Source of the DNA: Lytechinus pictus
Taxonomy: Eukaryota
Assembly (NCBI RefSeq): GCF_037042905.1
Contig: NC_087245.1
Coordinates: 2,730,001 to 2,794,000, forward strand
DNA: 64,000 nucleotides
Direction: 5' to 3'
Shown here: one piece after another, positions 22,900 to 36,891 of the stretch
Numbering within the stretch: position 1 is the stretch's first letter
Layout: each line of letters begins with the position of its first letter
Made by a program: the position numbers and the translations under genes
The notes under the pieces: model-generated
The model's database searches: none
What the model was told of the DNA's origin: nothing
What the model saw: the letters and a program-made list of their open reading frames with translations, nothing else

Positions 22900-24454
22900 A
22901 CACTGGGGGTAATTAAGGACTAATGTTTTGGTCACTTAACTAATGGAGGAATATAAGGAAGGAGTGGGGCCTCCGTGTATCATACTCATGGGGGGGCTAA
23001 AGGGGTGTAAGGGTGACCGCCCTTTTTTGTAGTGATTAAAGGAATAAAAAGAGCGGGGAAAAGGGAATGGGTCATCTTTAGGTAATCTTGTCCCCCTCCC
23101 TCTCCTTTTGAATAAACTTGCACCACTCTGCATTCTCTTATTAGTATATGATTGTGTGCTGATCTTGTCTTGCTCAATTTCGGCATTATCTGAATGATAA
23201 GAAATTTAAAAGTATAGGCCTGTAAACAATAGTTTTCAATTGCCTTACCTTACAAATATGAATTTTTTGACAAGTTTATACAGTAAATTGGCACTAGGAA
23301 GCGGGGGTGCTGGAGGGTGCTGAATCACCTCAAAGATTCCCTTTAGTTGCTGCATGTATTATTCTCCAGGTATTCTGGAACATGCGTACAAATTGAAAAA
23401 TGTAACCAAAATGACCTTCATTTTGTAATGAAACCTTTTTTTTTTGCTTTAGAAATTTCTCTAAAACCCCCCTTTTTTGCTCTTCCAATTTACATCAGCA
23501 CCCCCAGTAAAAAGAAAATCGTTCCCAGGGCCCTGACAATGACTGAAATTTCACGCAACTATAAACATCACCCAAAACTTCATGGCGAGAATTTCCAATC
23601 GCCATCATTCTTGTGACTCATACTAAAAATTTGGAAAGCAAATTACACCTCGCACATCCAACCCACCCCCTCTCTCACTATCTTTCCAATAGGTATGTCC
23701 AAACATTTTCATTTTATACACATGTATTGTTTACGATGGTATACATTTTTTAAAGCATAAATTTGAAAAAAAAATTATGGAATTTGGATGTGCCCTAAAG
23801 AATAAAAATAATGCGAAAGAATAAGATTCAAGCGTCGACGGTCGATAGAGACAGGAGGGGGGGGGGGAACCAGAAAGAAAGAGTGGGCCTCAAAGGGGTT
23901 ATAGTAAATTAAAAGGGGGGTTATGGAAACAAATGGGGAGGGGGGGGGCGGATAGGAGAAAATACTACCACACACATCTTCATTCGACAACCATGAGCAA
24001 CCCTTCCCCGGCTCACTCCATATCCATATCTCAGCAACTGAACAATATCTTGAATAACTCATCCCCTCCCTAGCTCCATATTACTGTACTCATTCCCTTG
24101 AACGGAGAGAGTCACGTGAGAGCCTGGCCCTAGCCCCGCCGGAAGGTAAAATATGATCTATGACCCCCATAGGGAGCAATCGTGTGCTGATAAATTGGTC
24201 AATTGATCATTAAAGGGGGCTTCGTATAGTAAGTTCAAGACCAACCGACGACAGAGATAATCGTTTTGACATTAATTTCTTTCTGTTTTTAAGAGCTTTC
24301 CTTTACTTCATCAGACTGCCAATCATCAATTTCTACGAGAATGGATGTCGTCTGACATTCACCAAGAATGGATGAAGATAACGCGTGCATGGTAATACAT
24401 AACCAGTTTTAATAAACTACCCCCTATCTCTCTTTCTGTCTCTTCCCCTATAAA

Positions 24455-24836
24455 TAATGATGATGGTGATAATAATGATAATAATAATAATAATGATGAT
24501 GATGATGATGATAATACGAATAATAATAATAATAGTAATCATCATCATCATAATAATAAAAATAATAACAATAGTATGCAACATTAATTATAAATCGCTA
24601 AATACAAATGTTTTTTAAGCGCTGCATACTTTACCCCGGCTTTAGCATGGCTACCCTGATCGGACGCTCAAGCATTCAAGGAATTCCTTCCTACCGGGTA
24701 CCCATTTACTAAACCTGGGTGGAGAGTGGTAAATGTAGATCAACGCCTTGCCAAATACGGACGCGAGTGAGGTGGTGGGATTTGAACCCCGGACCTTGTG
24801 GTTCAAAATCGGTAGCCTCTATCCACTGAGCCAAAT
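24455..24836 (-). mobile_element. tRNA-derived SINE with a Deu/Nin-like core and a microsatellite tail
   Basis: On the minus strand: A box TGGCTCAGTGG, B box GGTTCAAATCC, core ctctccacccaggt..aaatgggtacc, an agcgct...tataa L2-like 3' end, then (TTA/TCA)n at 24455-24575. Confidence 0.85.
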
Positions 24837-25705
24837 ACCTCCCTTTCTCCCCCTCTCTTACTTTCCATTTCTCTTCTTCCCTCTCTCGTTCTCAACTACA
24901 TAAAAATGCACGATCCCTTATTTCTTTAACTTCGTTATCTTTTAACCTTTCTCCTCTGTACCTCTCGGCTTCATTTTTCTCTCCATTCTACTCTCTACTA
25001 TCACAACTCAATTAGTATCTCACTCATCCCTTTTTGAATCTCATGGGGGTCAACGCAAAAAACACACTTGACCGCTAAACAAGAGTCATGAGAATATAAT
25101 ATGCAGCATCGGTAAGTGAAGGGGGGGGGGGTGGGATATACCGTGCCATTATTTCAAAGTCATATTTAAGACTCTCACCGGTATATTTAAAGTAGTATAC
25201 AAAAAAATGTAACAAACTATGGACGTAAACAATTTACCTTAAAATTGGCTAGAATTTCTAAACGACTGTCCGTGGGCCAAATTTCATTTTGGGTATAAAT
25301 AATGACTCGACACAAATCATGTGGACGCAGTAGCGTCATCAGCAAAAAACAACAACAACCCCCCCCCAAAAAAAAAAAAAAAACAGGTGCCATACAGACG
25401 GATGGAGCAAAATCTCTTAAAAATAAGCCGCGAGGGAGAAATTATTTTTAACCCTTTTAATTAAAAGAATCGATTGTTCTGATAGATTTTCAAATAACAT
25501 TCAGAAAATAATATATTTCACCCCTTTTCCTGTCATTTTTCTTTCTTTTTTCTCCCTTTCTTTTTTGGTCATTAAAATTTGTTTGGGGTCCATGGCCCCA
25601 AGCGCCCATTCCGATATTTTTGTTAGCCTTTGTTTCCCAGTGTTTCTATAAGCCGGAATAAAATATGGCACAAAATACACTTTTGTGGGCCAAATTTTTG
25701 GGTTA

Positions 25706-25935
25706 CGTTCGTGTTTCCGAAGATTCGTTATTCTGAAAGTTCGAATATTCCGAAGGTTCGTTATTCCGAAGGTTCGTAGTTCCAATGGTTCGAAATTTCG
25801 AAGGTTCGTTAATCTGAAAACAAAATAATGTACGTTATTCCGAAGGTTCATTAGTCCGAAAACGAAATAAGGTTCGTTATTCCGAAGGTTCGTTAATCCG
25901 GAAGTGAAATAAGGTTCGTTAATCAGAAAAATGAA
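25706..25935. repeat. Short-period tandem array (ttcgttattccgaagg, ~16-bp units), probably the core of a repeat-bearing non-autonomous element
   Basis: About a dozen degenerate copies with no unique spacers. Confidence 0.8.
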
Positions 25936-27665
25936 ATAATCTGTGGCGAAGCCGGGAAATCATGAAGGAAAAGCGTGGTGGAGGAGGGGGTGGGGTAGAA
26001 AAATACCGTTGCTGTTCAACTGTAATGAGGATGGGAAGGCAGGGGCGGCGGAACATATTTTTGTTTGGAGGCAAAGCCAAAAAGGGCACTTATATGTCAA
26101 AATAAACATTTTGGTGCAAACGGATATTTTCGTCATGAGATTGTCATATCTGTGTGAAGTAATTAAGTTGAGTGAAGCTGGTGGCTGTTTTGCCTAGGCC
26201 CCCAGCCAAAAAAAAGAGGGATCGATGTCCCTGTTTGAGGCCTTAATCGCTCCTATTGAGGTCCAAACAATCTAGGTTTGTAAGTGGTACACATTTAATC
26301 AAGAATGGATCTTTTAGTAGATTTGAACTTGCACAAAACAATTTTAAAATACATCAATACTCCCCTATAGCGAAATTGAAAGGTCTGGCAATGAGAGATA
26401 AACATTATGAACTATAGCATCACAAAACCTATGATCACCCATCTGAGAGAATTCTGCGTACGTAACGCTCCTGGTAACGATAGATCAGCCCGTTCCCACA
26501 GGGGCGGCGGAACCGGGGACAGGGGGCTCATGCCCCTCCCCAAGAATTCCCTGTAGGAAAAATGCCCTTTTCCCAAAATGGAAAAGCCCTTTTTTCAAAA
26601 TTGAATTGGCCCTTTTTCGAAATGAAATACCTTTTTTGAAGTACAACATCATACATTTCAAGTGAAAAAAAAAAAACCGTTTTTTGATCGCGCTTCGCGC
26701 TCGCATCAGTTAGGCCTATTAAAAGCTACTCACCATATTTCTGGTTATAAACATGCTTAGAATGTCCAGTTTTCAGATTGGAATATCACAAATTTTCAGC
26801 TCGCGCTTTGCGCTCGCATTATTCGATTGGTGAAATGTATATCCTATTCATGAGTCACTTAATGCAGTCCTTAACAGATTCCTTTTCTTGTAAGTATATT
26901 AAAAATTTCAGCTAGCGATTCAGCCCTTCAAAGATAAAAAAACCGACAAGGTTTCCCATTTATTCAAGAATATTCTCCTCAAGTATTTTCGCCTAAGCAT
27001 AAAACACCCATTTTGTCGGCTTATAAGGTATTCACCTCACGATTCTCTATTCATCCTCTCCTCTCCACGAGTGCTCTTGTGCGTAGGTTTGATTATAAGA
27101 ACTAAACCTTTGTCGCTCTTCCGTTTTCTGCACTTCCAGAAATAGTTTGACCTTTCATTATTGAAATTTCTACCATGCAAACCAATTCAATATCGAAAGC
27201 AAGAATATATTTTATTGTCCCTTCCTGTCAATGAAGTGAGAACAATTTGAAGTGTTTCGATTATTTAGTGATTATGATGAGTGATTTTCTTGGCTCTTAT
27301 TGTAATGTGAAATAGCGTCGTCATGATGACGTATGCGGCCCCTCCTCCAATACCCGGTCCAATACCCCACCCTGTGAAAGAATATCTTCAAATCAATCTT
27401 CTTAGCTAAAGTCAATGTGTTTTCATGATTAACGTCTACTTTTATTCATATAACTATTTCTAAGTTCTGCGCAAATCATTTTTCACGAACTTTTCAAAAG
27501 TAAGTGGTGCTCACACAAGCGAAAAGATTTTTCGACAGTTATATCGCCATTTGATTAAAGAGATCTGTACTGATGTTTAAATGTGAAAAAAGCTTCAGGA
27601 TATTGCAAATATATAATTTTACAGATTTATTTCTAAGTATAAACTTTTTTTATACGCACTGTATA

Positions 27666-27768
27666 CACTAGCGTACCTACGGGGGGGGAGGGGGCAGTCT
27701 GTCCCCCTGACGAGTCACAACCCATGCAAAAGACGTAGCCCTGCCCACCCCTGACGAGCTTGAAAACC

Positions 27769-27801
<33 letters not shown>

Positions 27802-27924
27802 GCTTGTCAAAATTTTTTCTGGTACTATTGAAGACCTTTTTTTTTTTTTTTTTTTGCTTGTCAAATTTTTCAGCGGACGGTTTTGCCCCCCCCCCCCCTG
27901 TGGAAAATCCTAGGTACGCAACTG
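27666..27924. mobile_element. hAT-like MITE, 8-bp TSD
   Basis: cactagcgtaccta ... taggtacgcaactg, TSD actgtata on both sides. Same family as 50184-50622. Confidence 0.9.
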
Positions 27925-29168
27925 ACTGTATAGTCATGTAAGTTGGGTTTGTCATTACCTCCATAATAAACAAATGTTTATGATTTGCAATACAATAAAT
28001 ATTCTGATTAAGGTGTACATCCTTCACGGGATGCAGAGTGCGCATGATTTAGATTTCTTTTAGTGATCACTGCATAAAGGCGGGAAAATCAATGAATGCA
28101 TGAATATGTATGAAACTGACAAAGTACAATTATCCCTGGCGACAGTTCCGTAGCGCGGACTTCATTTTACGACCTTTTTGAAGATCTAATAGACACAATA
28201 AATCAAACTGATTATTATTGCTTTCAGTTCTGACGATATATCAATACGACACATTGTTTCTATGGAAACCAATGCATGACTTCGTGTTCTTTCACTTCCA
28301 ATACTAAAGATCATAAAAGAAATATTCTTCTCATCATTGTCTATAACCTAGTTCATAAAAGGAAAGTGATCTTTGTATTCATTTATGTGGGTAATAGTGT
28401 ATTGAGAAGAGGTGAAATGACGTCACAAAGAGGCTTTACAAAATTAAGGGAATAGGCAAGGGTTTCCCCTGTTCCTAAATTTCTACATCATTTTCCCTGA
28501 GTCGAATTCATGTGGAATGATTTATGTTTCTCATTCTATCTTCTTTAATTGTCATATGTATGCATTCGCCACATTTTGACCCCCACCTCCCCGTCTCTCC
28601 ATCCCTCTTGCTCTGTCTGTCTGTCTCTCTCTCCTCTCCTTTTTAAGCTCTTCCCGTCTTTGTATGTCTCTTGTATATCTATCATTTCCTTATCTCCCAT
28701 CTCTTTCACCCCTCTCCCCACTTTTTACCATAATAAAAATTATAAAAAATCTAAATTATGATTATCTCTCTGATTTCCCATATCTATTTTTCCACAAGCA
28801 GTTGATTATTAAACTTATGTTATTAAATTTTTTTTTTTTTTAAATACTTCACTTACCCTCCTTTATCGCTTTGATGTACAGGTATGTTATAGTTTCATTA
28901 TCTTACATCTTCAATACCAGTTCTAAGTTCGTTCTTTAGTCACCCAAGAGACAGGGGCTATTGGTGTAAGATTTCATTCCTGCTGGCGATAATATGAGCA
29001 GCAACCGACAAATTTTTCCCGGGAGGTTGTTGGGGGTGACTTCGAAAGACTTCCGATGGATAAAATGGTCACGCTTCCGTGTATGACGAAAATGGACCGT
29101 GTTGAATATCAAATTTTGAGACACGAAACCAGTTGCTGGGAAATAGAGGTGCGTGCATGCCAATGATC

Positions 29169-29182
29169 CAGGCGCGGATCCA

Positions 29183-29214
<32 letters not shown>

Positions 29215-29445
29215 GGGACACGTGCCCCCCCCTTTGAGAAGCAAAACAATCATAATCTAAAATTGCCATGAAAACAGAGGTACGCCCCCTTTTTTGAAAT
29301 CGAAGACCTTTTTTTTCTGGTCAAATTTCTTCTGGTATACGAAATATCCTTTATTTGTAGTTGAAGACCTTTTTTGCTTGTCAAATTGTTTTCCTTCGAA
29401 AAATTTGCCCCCCCCCCCCTTTGGAAAATCCTGGATCCGCCCCTG
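29169..29445. mobile_element. hAT-like MITE, 8-bp TSD
   Basis: caggcgcggatccagg ... cctggatccgcccctg, TSD caatgatc on both sides. Confidence 0.9.
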
Positions 29446-32400
29446 CAATGATCTTATGATTCTTGCAGGTCAAGGAAAAATACATTCTAAGATTTGAATA
29501 TAAAGCACTTTGAGATTTCACAATGGCAATTAAGTAGCCACCCTATATTATGATTCTCTCCCCCTCTCTCTCTCTGAATTCCTTTAATTCACAACCCATG
29601 TCATGTCTTTCTTAACCGCTATTTGTTTTAAAGAGTATTGTTAGGGTTTGCGTGGAAAAGGTAATATTAAAGAACTTTGAAGGGCATGTCTACGGCTGAA
29701 AAAAGATGCACAGTTTTCAACCTCATCGCTGTATTAAAAGCCTTATAGAATTGAGCGCCATGATTATCAAATAAGGAATTAAAAATATATGAAAGTGGTC
29801 GTTCTCACATCTTATTTTATTAACTTCTTTATCTTCAGTAGATATGAACTCTCTTACGATTAACAATAGGATTAAACATCGTGATACGAGGCGTTTCTCA
29901 TTCTTGGTAATAAGGCGACCACTCCTCATGATGATTATGTAGGCAATAAAAATATGAAGCAACTTAGAGCGGTTAGGGAAGAAAATGAAAGAGATAAGAA
30001 AGTATGACACAGAACTGAAATGAGTGCGTTCGGTCATGTAACTAATTAATAAAGTATCATACGTTGTACCTTTATATTTTACTTCGGGTAACGTTTCTAC
30101 TATAAGAAAAGCCTGGCGCCAACACTGGAAGCAGTATACTGAGCCAAAAAATTGAGACAGACATGGCAAATGACGAAAATTTTCTTCAAAAAATAAAAAA
30201 GCTGCTAGAGAGCGAAGCAAGCAAGAAAAAGGTAATTTGATTTTTCATATAAAAATAATATTTTTTGGATAGATTTTGACAAAGTATTTAATGAAATAAT
30301 ATCACCTTTAATTCTTTGCATTTCCTTTACTTCCCTTATCTCCTTTTATCTTTGTCGTGAAAATTGAAAAAAATTGGGTCCATGGCCCCAGAACCTGGAG
30401 GTTTATCATATCTTAAAACATAAAGAACGGTACAATAATTGATACACGATTGAGAGCTAGAGGTCAAAACTTGTCTTGTTTTTGTATTGTGGTAACGCGG
30501 TTCAATAACAAGTCAAATAATGATTTGCCAGACTTGACAGTCATATGATTCACTTAAGTGCACCGATGAATGGCGATGAATATAGTTTTCGTCGAACCGT
30601 TTTTCATTGCCCCAATCAGACACTGACATGAAATATGTCGTAGATGGCGACAGACATTGACTCTGATTCCCTGAGGGATGTTGGCTTTCAAACAGAAAGC
30701 AATGGTAACATCCTAATTAAGAGGAATGATTGACAGTATAAAGATTGAAGATAAACAAATTATATTCTGCCTTGGGATGAAGGAAATTACTCCAAGTCTG
30801 TGATCCGATGCAGGATGAAAGGAATACGGAATCGTAAACGTTGAAATATTTTTCAATGTAATCGTTCATTTCTCATCAAAATAAAAAAGCATGAATTCAT
30901 TTCCGATTTAAAATCAAGAGTGGTGCACTTTTACATTTAGATGAGATTTATTATTCGTGCATGCAAGGATTTCGACCTTCCATATTTATCATGTCACACG
31001 CAGGAGGAATTTGACAAAACATGAAAAGAAAAAAAAAGCTATTTGCAAAACCATTTCCCAGAGAAAACACGCCAGCCGCTTCTTTTGCAGTTAATCAAAC
31101 CTTAGACGCATTAATCCTTAAACGATGCATATTAATGGAATAAAGCAGACACTGAGCTAAATGGGAATGTAAAAAGCATTATCAGCAGACTGCAAAAATG
31201 ACAATCGTTTAAAAAAAATGTATATTGAAATTATGCCTTAGTTGAGAAATAAGAAATATAGATTTCAAACATTAAAAAAAAAATCTAATGGTTCCGTTAA
31301 TTATGATAGAAATGTAAAATTAAAAATTAGACTGAAAAAGCTTAAGCTTTTACTTTAAAAATCGGGGTAAAATCATAATCAGTTTCTCATAAAATATCAA
31401 AAGTAGATATATTTATATTCCATAATGGATAATAATATATAATATAACATGGACATGCTAAAAAATATACTAAGAGAAAGCAAATACGACCCCCCAAAAA
31501 TAAAATGAAATGGTATAAATAAATAAATAAATATAAATCACAGAAATTACCAAACACCTCTTACAATTATTTTTTTCCAAATTCACAACTATTAAGAATT
31601 CATGACAATCTACATCAGCGCGCTTAGACAAGAGTATGAATTACGAGAAAAACGAAAAAAATACAGAGAGTACACATACAATGTAAAATTGCTTTACAAA
31701 TCCGGCATTATTCCAAAAATCTTTCTAATTTTCGTAACTCTAAAGATCATCTTGCTTACAAGAATAAAATAAAACGTTTGATATCACCTGTCCTGGATGA
31801 AGATAGATAGGGTGAAGGATTAAAGACAAGAATCAAGACGAGCAGGTGATAGAAGTCGGTAGAAGGTATAATAACCGAGAAGACGAGTATAAGCTTACCT
31901 TTATACTCTCCGTGGGATCTTCAGTAGGAAGATATGATAATTTGAGAAATCTAAAATCCGGAATTACATCTGTATATACATGATCTGTTTATAAGAATAT
32001 CTGGAAATCTCAATCGATACGTGAAGAAATAAATCTAAAGTTTATACCTGCTGACAAAAGTAATATGATCATTATTACTATTATTGTCATGTATATATTG
32101 AATGTGAAATCTGAAAATTTTCTAAAGCTGATAAAAGCAAAATGAATCTTATGACTATCATCATCATGAAACTGCGTATATGATGATAAGCTTGGTAAGA
32201 GCAAACGTTTTAAATTATACCATCGGCAAACCAAGAACAAAGATGCATTCCGTTGAAGTCGTATAGCGAATCCAATTCGAAGGAAAATATAGATTCACGT
32301 ATAAACATGATAAAGGGATTCTTGTACCTTTAAAGATGAGGCAGCCAAGCCAGCCAACAGGTGCCTGTAAATGATCACCTATGAGATATACAAAAATATA

Positions 32401-33799
32401 CCACACTCTCCTTTCAATCTACTTATCGAACTTCTTTCCATCGCCCCATTTCTGTGCACGAATAATGAAACTGATTTATAGTTCACTATCCCACCCATTG
32501 ACTGTTGTAAACCAACTTGTATTATAAAGAAGATCACTGGTTATGAATCTTTTCAGCACTACCATGAATATCAAAACCTCTTACGTATTGTGGGTTTTAC
32601 TCGACATTTATAACAGGGATATGCAACAACATATCCCTGTTTATAATGTAAATTTTCTGGAATCAATCAGGACGACTGATCGAGGCTTATCGTTGAATAG
32701 CCAAAATAAATAAATAAAATAAAGTAATCAATTCAGTAAGAAATAATGTTTATTATAAAGAAAGTGGGGCTTTGCATGCCACTCCTTTTTCCCAAAAATC
32801 ACACTGTAGAAGGCGATGTGATCTTTACTGATTTTCAATGCTGTATATAAGGGCATTCAGTAAGAGTGTTACAATACTATTTCTTTGGGGGGGGTCATTA
32901 ATTCATCTATAACTATGTTCATTATTTTCTCTTTATTTATTTACCTATTTTAAACATGTTAAGGTATTATTACTATAGTCAGGCTCAAAATCTATCTTTA
33001 TTTTCATTTTTTTGCGGGGCGGGGGGGGGGGGGGGTAACAGCATATTACCCCCAAAGGCCCCGAAAAGCTTTAAAAGTACACTTAACCTGCAATTGAACA
33101 TGTTTAATGTAACATGATCTGCAATTCTCTTTTCCCATCAAGTCCATTACAAGAATGAGAAAAGATAGCGAATCGACAGAGTTTGTGATACGAGCAGCAG
33201 TGTGTGATCTTTATAAAGAAAAAACCTATCTGTCTCCGTACCTGTTCTTCAGCGAGCCGTGTCATTTCTCATAAGCCCACGAATAGAAAAGGAAAAGATA
33301 GAGGAAATTAAACCATGAACAGTTTCCGATGTTCCGATCGAAAGTATTATTATTTTCCACACGAAATCAATTGGATAGATGTTAGCAGAAATAACCAATC
33401 GAAATCAATGATAGTGTGAGTTGCCAACTAAAAAGGATAGAGAGAATATGATTAACCTCTACGGGAGAACTAATCCCTTTTGTTAGCGGCAGAAATTTTA
33501 TTTCCCAGTTTGAAATTTTTCATATTATTTTTGGACAGAATATATTTCATTTCCTGTCTTCTACCGTCTATTCACCCCTGATGTGTCTCTTCCCCCTCCC
33601 AATATCCTCTTCATCGAAGCGTGTTTTGCATGAATATTTCAAATCACATTGAACTTGCTTGGTCAAAATGAGAATTCCATGATAATGCATCTGAAATTGC
33701 TCACTGTCTCTTCAGTACATATTTTGTGTTAATTATAACACTAAACCACTCATGTGATAAAAAAAACCGCAACACAATATCGTTACAGAGTCTATGATA

Positions 33800-34070
33800 T
33801 CATGGATATTGGTCCACACAATACAAGGGGTTCACACAAGACAAGTACTGCTTTTTAGTGGATCCCTCCTTTTTCTCAGAATTTTATTTTCTAATGTTTA
33901 TGATATTTTGCTTATATATAATACTCTGTTTTGTTATACTTTTACTTATAGATAAATACCATTTATTGTACATGCCTCAATTTATTTTGTCTGTATAAGT
34001 TCATTGTAATTATTTCGACCACATTAGTTTGTTTTGTTGAAAATGAAATAAATTGAAATTGAAATTGAAA
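33800..34070 (+). mobile_element. 3' end fragment of a CR1/L2-group LINE
   Basis: Hairpin at 33826-33870 similar to the intact LINE's, a T-rich UTR, and an aataaa(ttgaaa)n tail. Confidence 0.65.
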
Positions 34071-35642
34071 TGGATATCGGTTTTATATACACTGCTGATT
34101 ATCCCTGTCTTAACGGTCATTTAGAAATGTCAATGTTAAAGCTGAAATATGCATTAAAAATCAAAGCAATGTTTATAAAGCCTATACTGTAATTAAATGA
34201 AAAAGACGTTGATCTATCCATTTATGAACATCGTTGTTGTTTAAATCTTTCTCCTATAAGATCAAGATTGACATGGTCCCGTGACCTATTTTAGTTCGCT
34301 AAATTGCAATTCGTTATTAAACGTTTTGACCATCATAGGGAAGAGGTGGGGGGGGGGGGGGCAAAACGGTTTCTGCCCCCCTCATGTGCCCCCTAAAGGT
34401 AAACAATGCAAATATACAACGAAAGCAATTTTTTTGTCTAAAATTGTCAATTTCATAACTTAAAAAGTAAAAATAAAATTGCCTCTCACGGGGTGAGTTA
34501 TACTTATTAGTCATTTTAGTGTATTGATGGTAGCCCACGTCCGCCGACGAGTATGCCCCTATGTTCCACGCTAAAAACATTCCTTTGCTAAGCTCTATAT
34601 GAGATATGACTGTAGTCTTCCTCAGTGAATTTTAATTATGTTTACTTCTCAAGAAATTCGTTTTTAAATGCTCTATAATGGCGACTTTTATATATTTTTT
34701 TGTTTACACAAAGTCCCAACCACGGAAGGGGGTCATGGCAGGGAAGGGGGCTAATCGACTGCCCCCCCCCCTATTGGTGCCAACAAATGGAAGGAAAGGG
34801 GGGAGATAAGAGGATAAAAAATGAACGTAATAAGGGGAAGGGAATAATTGGAAAAAAAGAAAACTTTCAGGTCATCACTCGCTCGCGCTTCTCGCTTGCA
34901 ATGTTGCCTGTTGAGAGGGATGATAAGGCTAAGTTGTAAATCAGTCTTTAGTTAGGATTTTTTCCTCAATGTTGCAAAGATCCAAAACAAAAATCAGCTT
35001 TTAGCGGCCAACCCATGAAAAGGCGGACAATAATTTTGGAGAAATATGGATAACAATATTTACCCCCTCGCCGGCCGAGGACTTCCAATTGTCACAAAAT
35101 AGTGCCCCCTTCAAGATTTTGCCCACTATAGACTGAAAATGTCCCGCCTGGTCTTGACAGACTTTTCAAGGTGTAAGTTTGGTTTAAGAGAACGTGTCAA
35201 AGGCAAAAACAATCTCCCAGATAGTTGAACTGACCGAGTTAGAGCAATCGAACCCCCAATACAATTTAAAGAAACTCCACCTCAATTGAATGAATAAAGA
35301 TTAAAATGAACAAAGAAAAAGTTTGCAGTCATGATAAACTGGATGTCATGAAAAACTGGATGATCAGTTTGATGATATAATATGTAAATTGAATACAAAG
35401 GTTAATAGGGGAAGAAGAAGGCAAAATATCGCTGAAATACAATGTTTCTACATTTCGATAAAAAAGTGGAATAAAATGCAAACACTCACGCGAATAAAAG
35501 AAATAAACGTCATCGCTAGCCAAAAAGAGATCAATCAATGCCTGAATTTACCCTATTTTAGAGACATTATAAAATCAACAAGAAGGTTGTTCGCTTCTAA
35601 ATTCATTGTACTTTTGAAGATGGGTCAAAAAGGTGGATAAAG

Positions 35643-35722
35643 TAAGAAAGAAAGAAAGAAAGAAAGAAAGATTAAAAGAAAGAAAGAAAGAATAAAAGAG
35701 AGAAAGAAAGAAAGAAAGAAGA
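35643..35722. repeat. (GAAA)n microsatellite
   Basis: Direct observation. Confidence 0.85.
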
Positions 35723-36224
35723 AGAGAGGTAGAATGCAAGATAGAAAACGAGATAGAAAGAGATAGATGGGGTTGGGACCGTTTGAACTGAAAATATCAT
35801 CCTTTATCGATCGCTAGCGCTAAATGCTGGTATGCAAACAACTAGTTTGAGAAATTAATTAAGTTATTCGAAACTGAGAGAATACCTTAACATCTTATTA
35901 TTTCTATCGAAGACTAAAAAGGAGTGTAGTGCAAAATTAAACTCCAATTATCTCAAGACTATGTTTGCATGACTTATTAGTTCTCATTTGCACTATTCCA
36001 CACCGTAACCAAACGATGCACTATGTTAAAACTGGAAAGAAATTCGATGTAAGTATAGGATCGAGTTTTCATTTTGCATAATTCAGTTGGCGGTTGAAGT
36101 CACAAATTGATGCAAAGGTCCGAGGGTCGAACCCCGAGCCCCAAGTCATTTATTTCGGATGATGACGTTCCTCGATCAGACCAGTAAATAATCATTTCTT
36201 ATTCATACCATCTGTAAAAACCAA

Positions 36225-36891
36225 CCCTAAAAGGATTGGGATATTTGAGATCTATTAAGGACTGGGGGGGGGGGGGGGCATGATGGCCCCCCTTCTGATC
36301 TCGGCCGCCATTCGCGCGATCGCGCCGAAATTTGCACGCACATTCCTTACCACATAAACTACAAGCCAGTATATTTAAAAAAATATGAAAATAAATATTT
36401 CTTATCTATTATGAATAAAAATATGCAAATTTATTCGTGAAAAACTTATTTGCCTATTTAACACCCAATTTCACTTCAAATTTTCTTCCTTTTTTCCAGA
36501 TGTCATCTGTGTAATCTAATTTAAGGTTTCTATGTATTTCTTTGTTTTTAGAATTTCTTATGTATTTCTTTGTTTTGTAATCTTTTGTTTTTCATTATTT
36601 TTTAATGGAAATTATTACAAACCATTTAACAACTAAATTAAATCCTAAATTAATTAAGCAGAACAATTAGAACGAAAAATAATCACCCTTTTGTAAATTT
36701 CATCTCCCATAGATTTTGTACACAAAGTAAAAAATGAGCCATTTTCGGCATGACATTGTCTCGTAAAAAGTCGCGATGCTATACCCGTATGTCGCGAATA
36801 TTTCGCGGCGCTATCTTTTTGCGTTTCGGAAATATCGTGCGAAGTGTTGAGGGGGGGGGGGAGGGCATCATGGCCCCCAATCCTTTTAGGG
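36225..36891. mobile_element. piggyBac-like MITE
   Basis: ccctaaaaggattggg ... cccaatccttttaggg TIRs. TTAA on the right, ccaa on the left. Confidence 0.75.

Larger units (their letters stand above)
18911..22900 (-). mobile_element. 5'-truncated non-LTR retrotransposon, CR1/L2 group (Crack/Daphne-like)
   Basis: ORF1 C-terminal stub, a spacer, an intact ORF2, a 3'UTR with hairpin (19045-19089) and an (AATAA)n tail at ~18911-18935. Confidence 0.93.

Noticed and set aside
24765..24836. tRNA gene
   Set aside because: It is the SINE head, continuing into the SINE core and tail.
25706..25935. CRISPR-like repeat array
   Set aside because: Units are adjacent and degenerate with no unique spacers, there are no cas genes, and the context is eukaryotic.
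29723..30220. 165-aa minus-strand ORF
   Set aside because: Non-ATG start, AT-biased composition, no motifs, and it overlaps repeat remnants.
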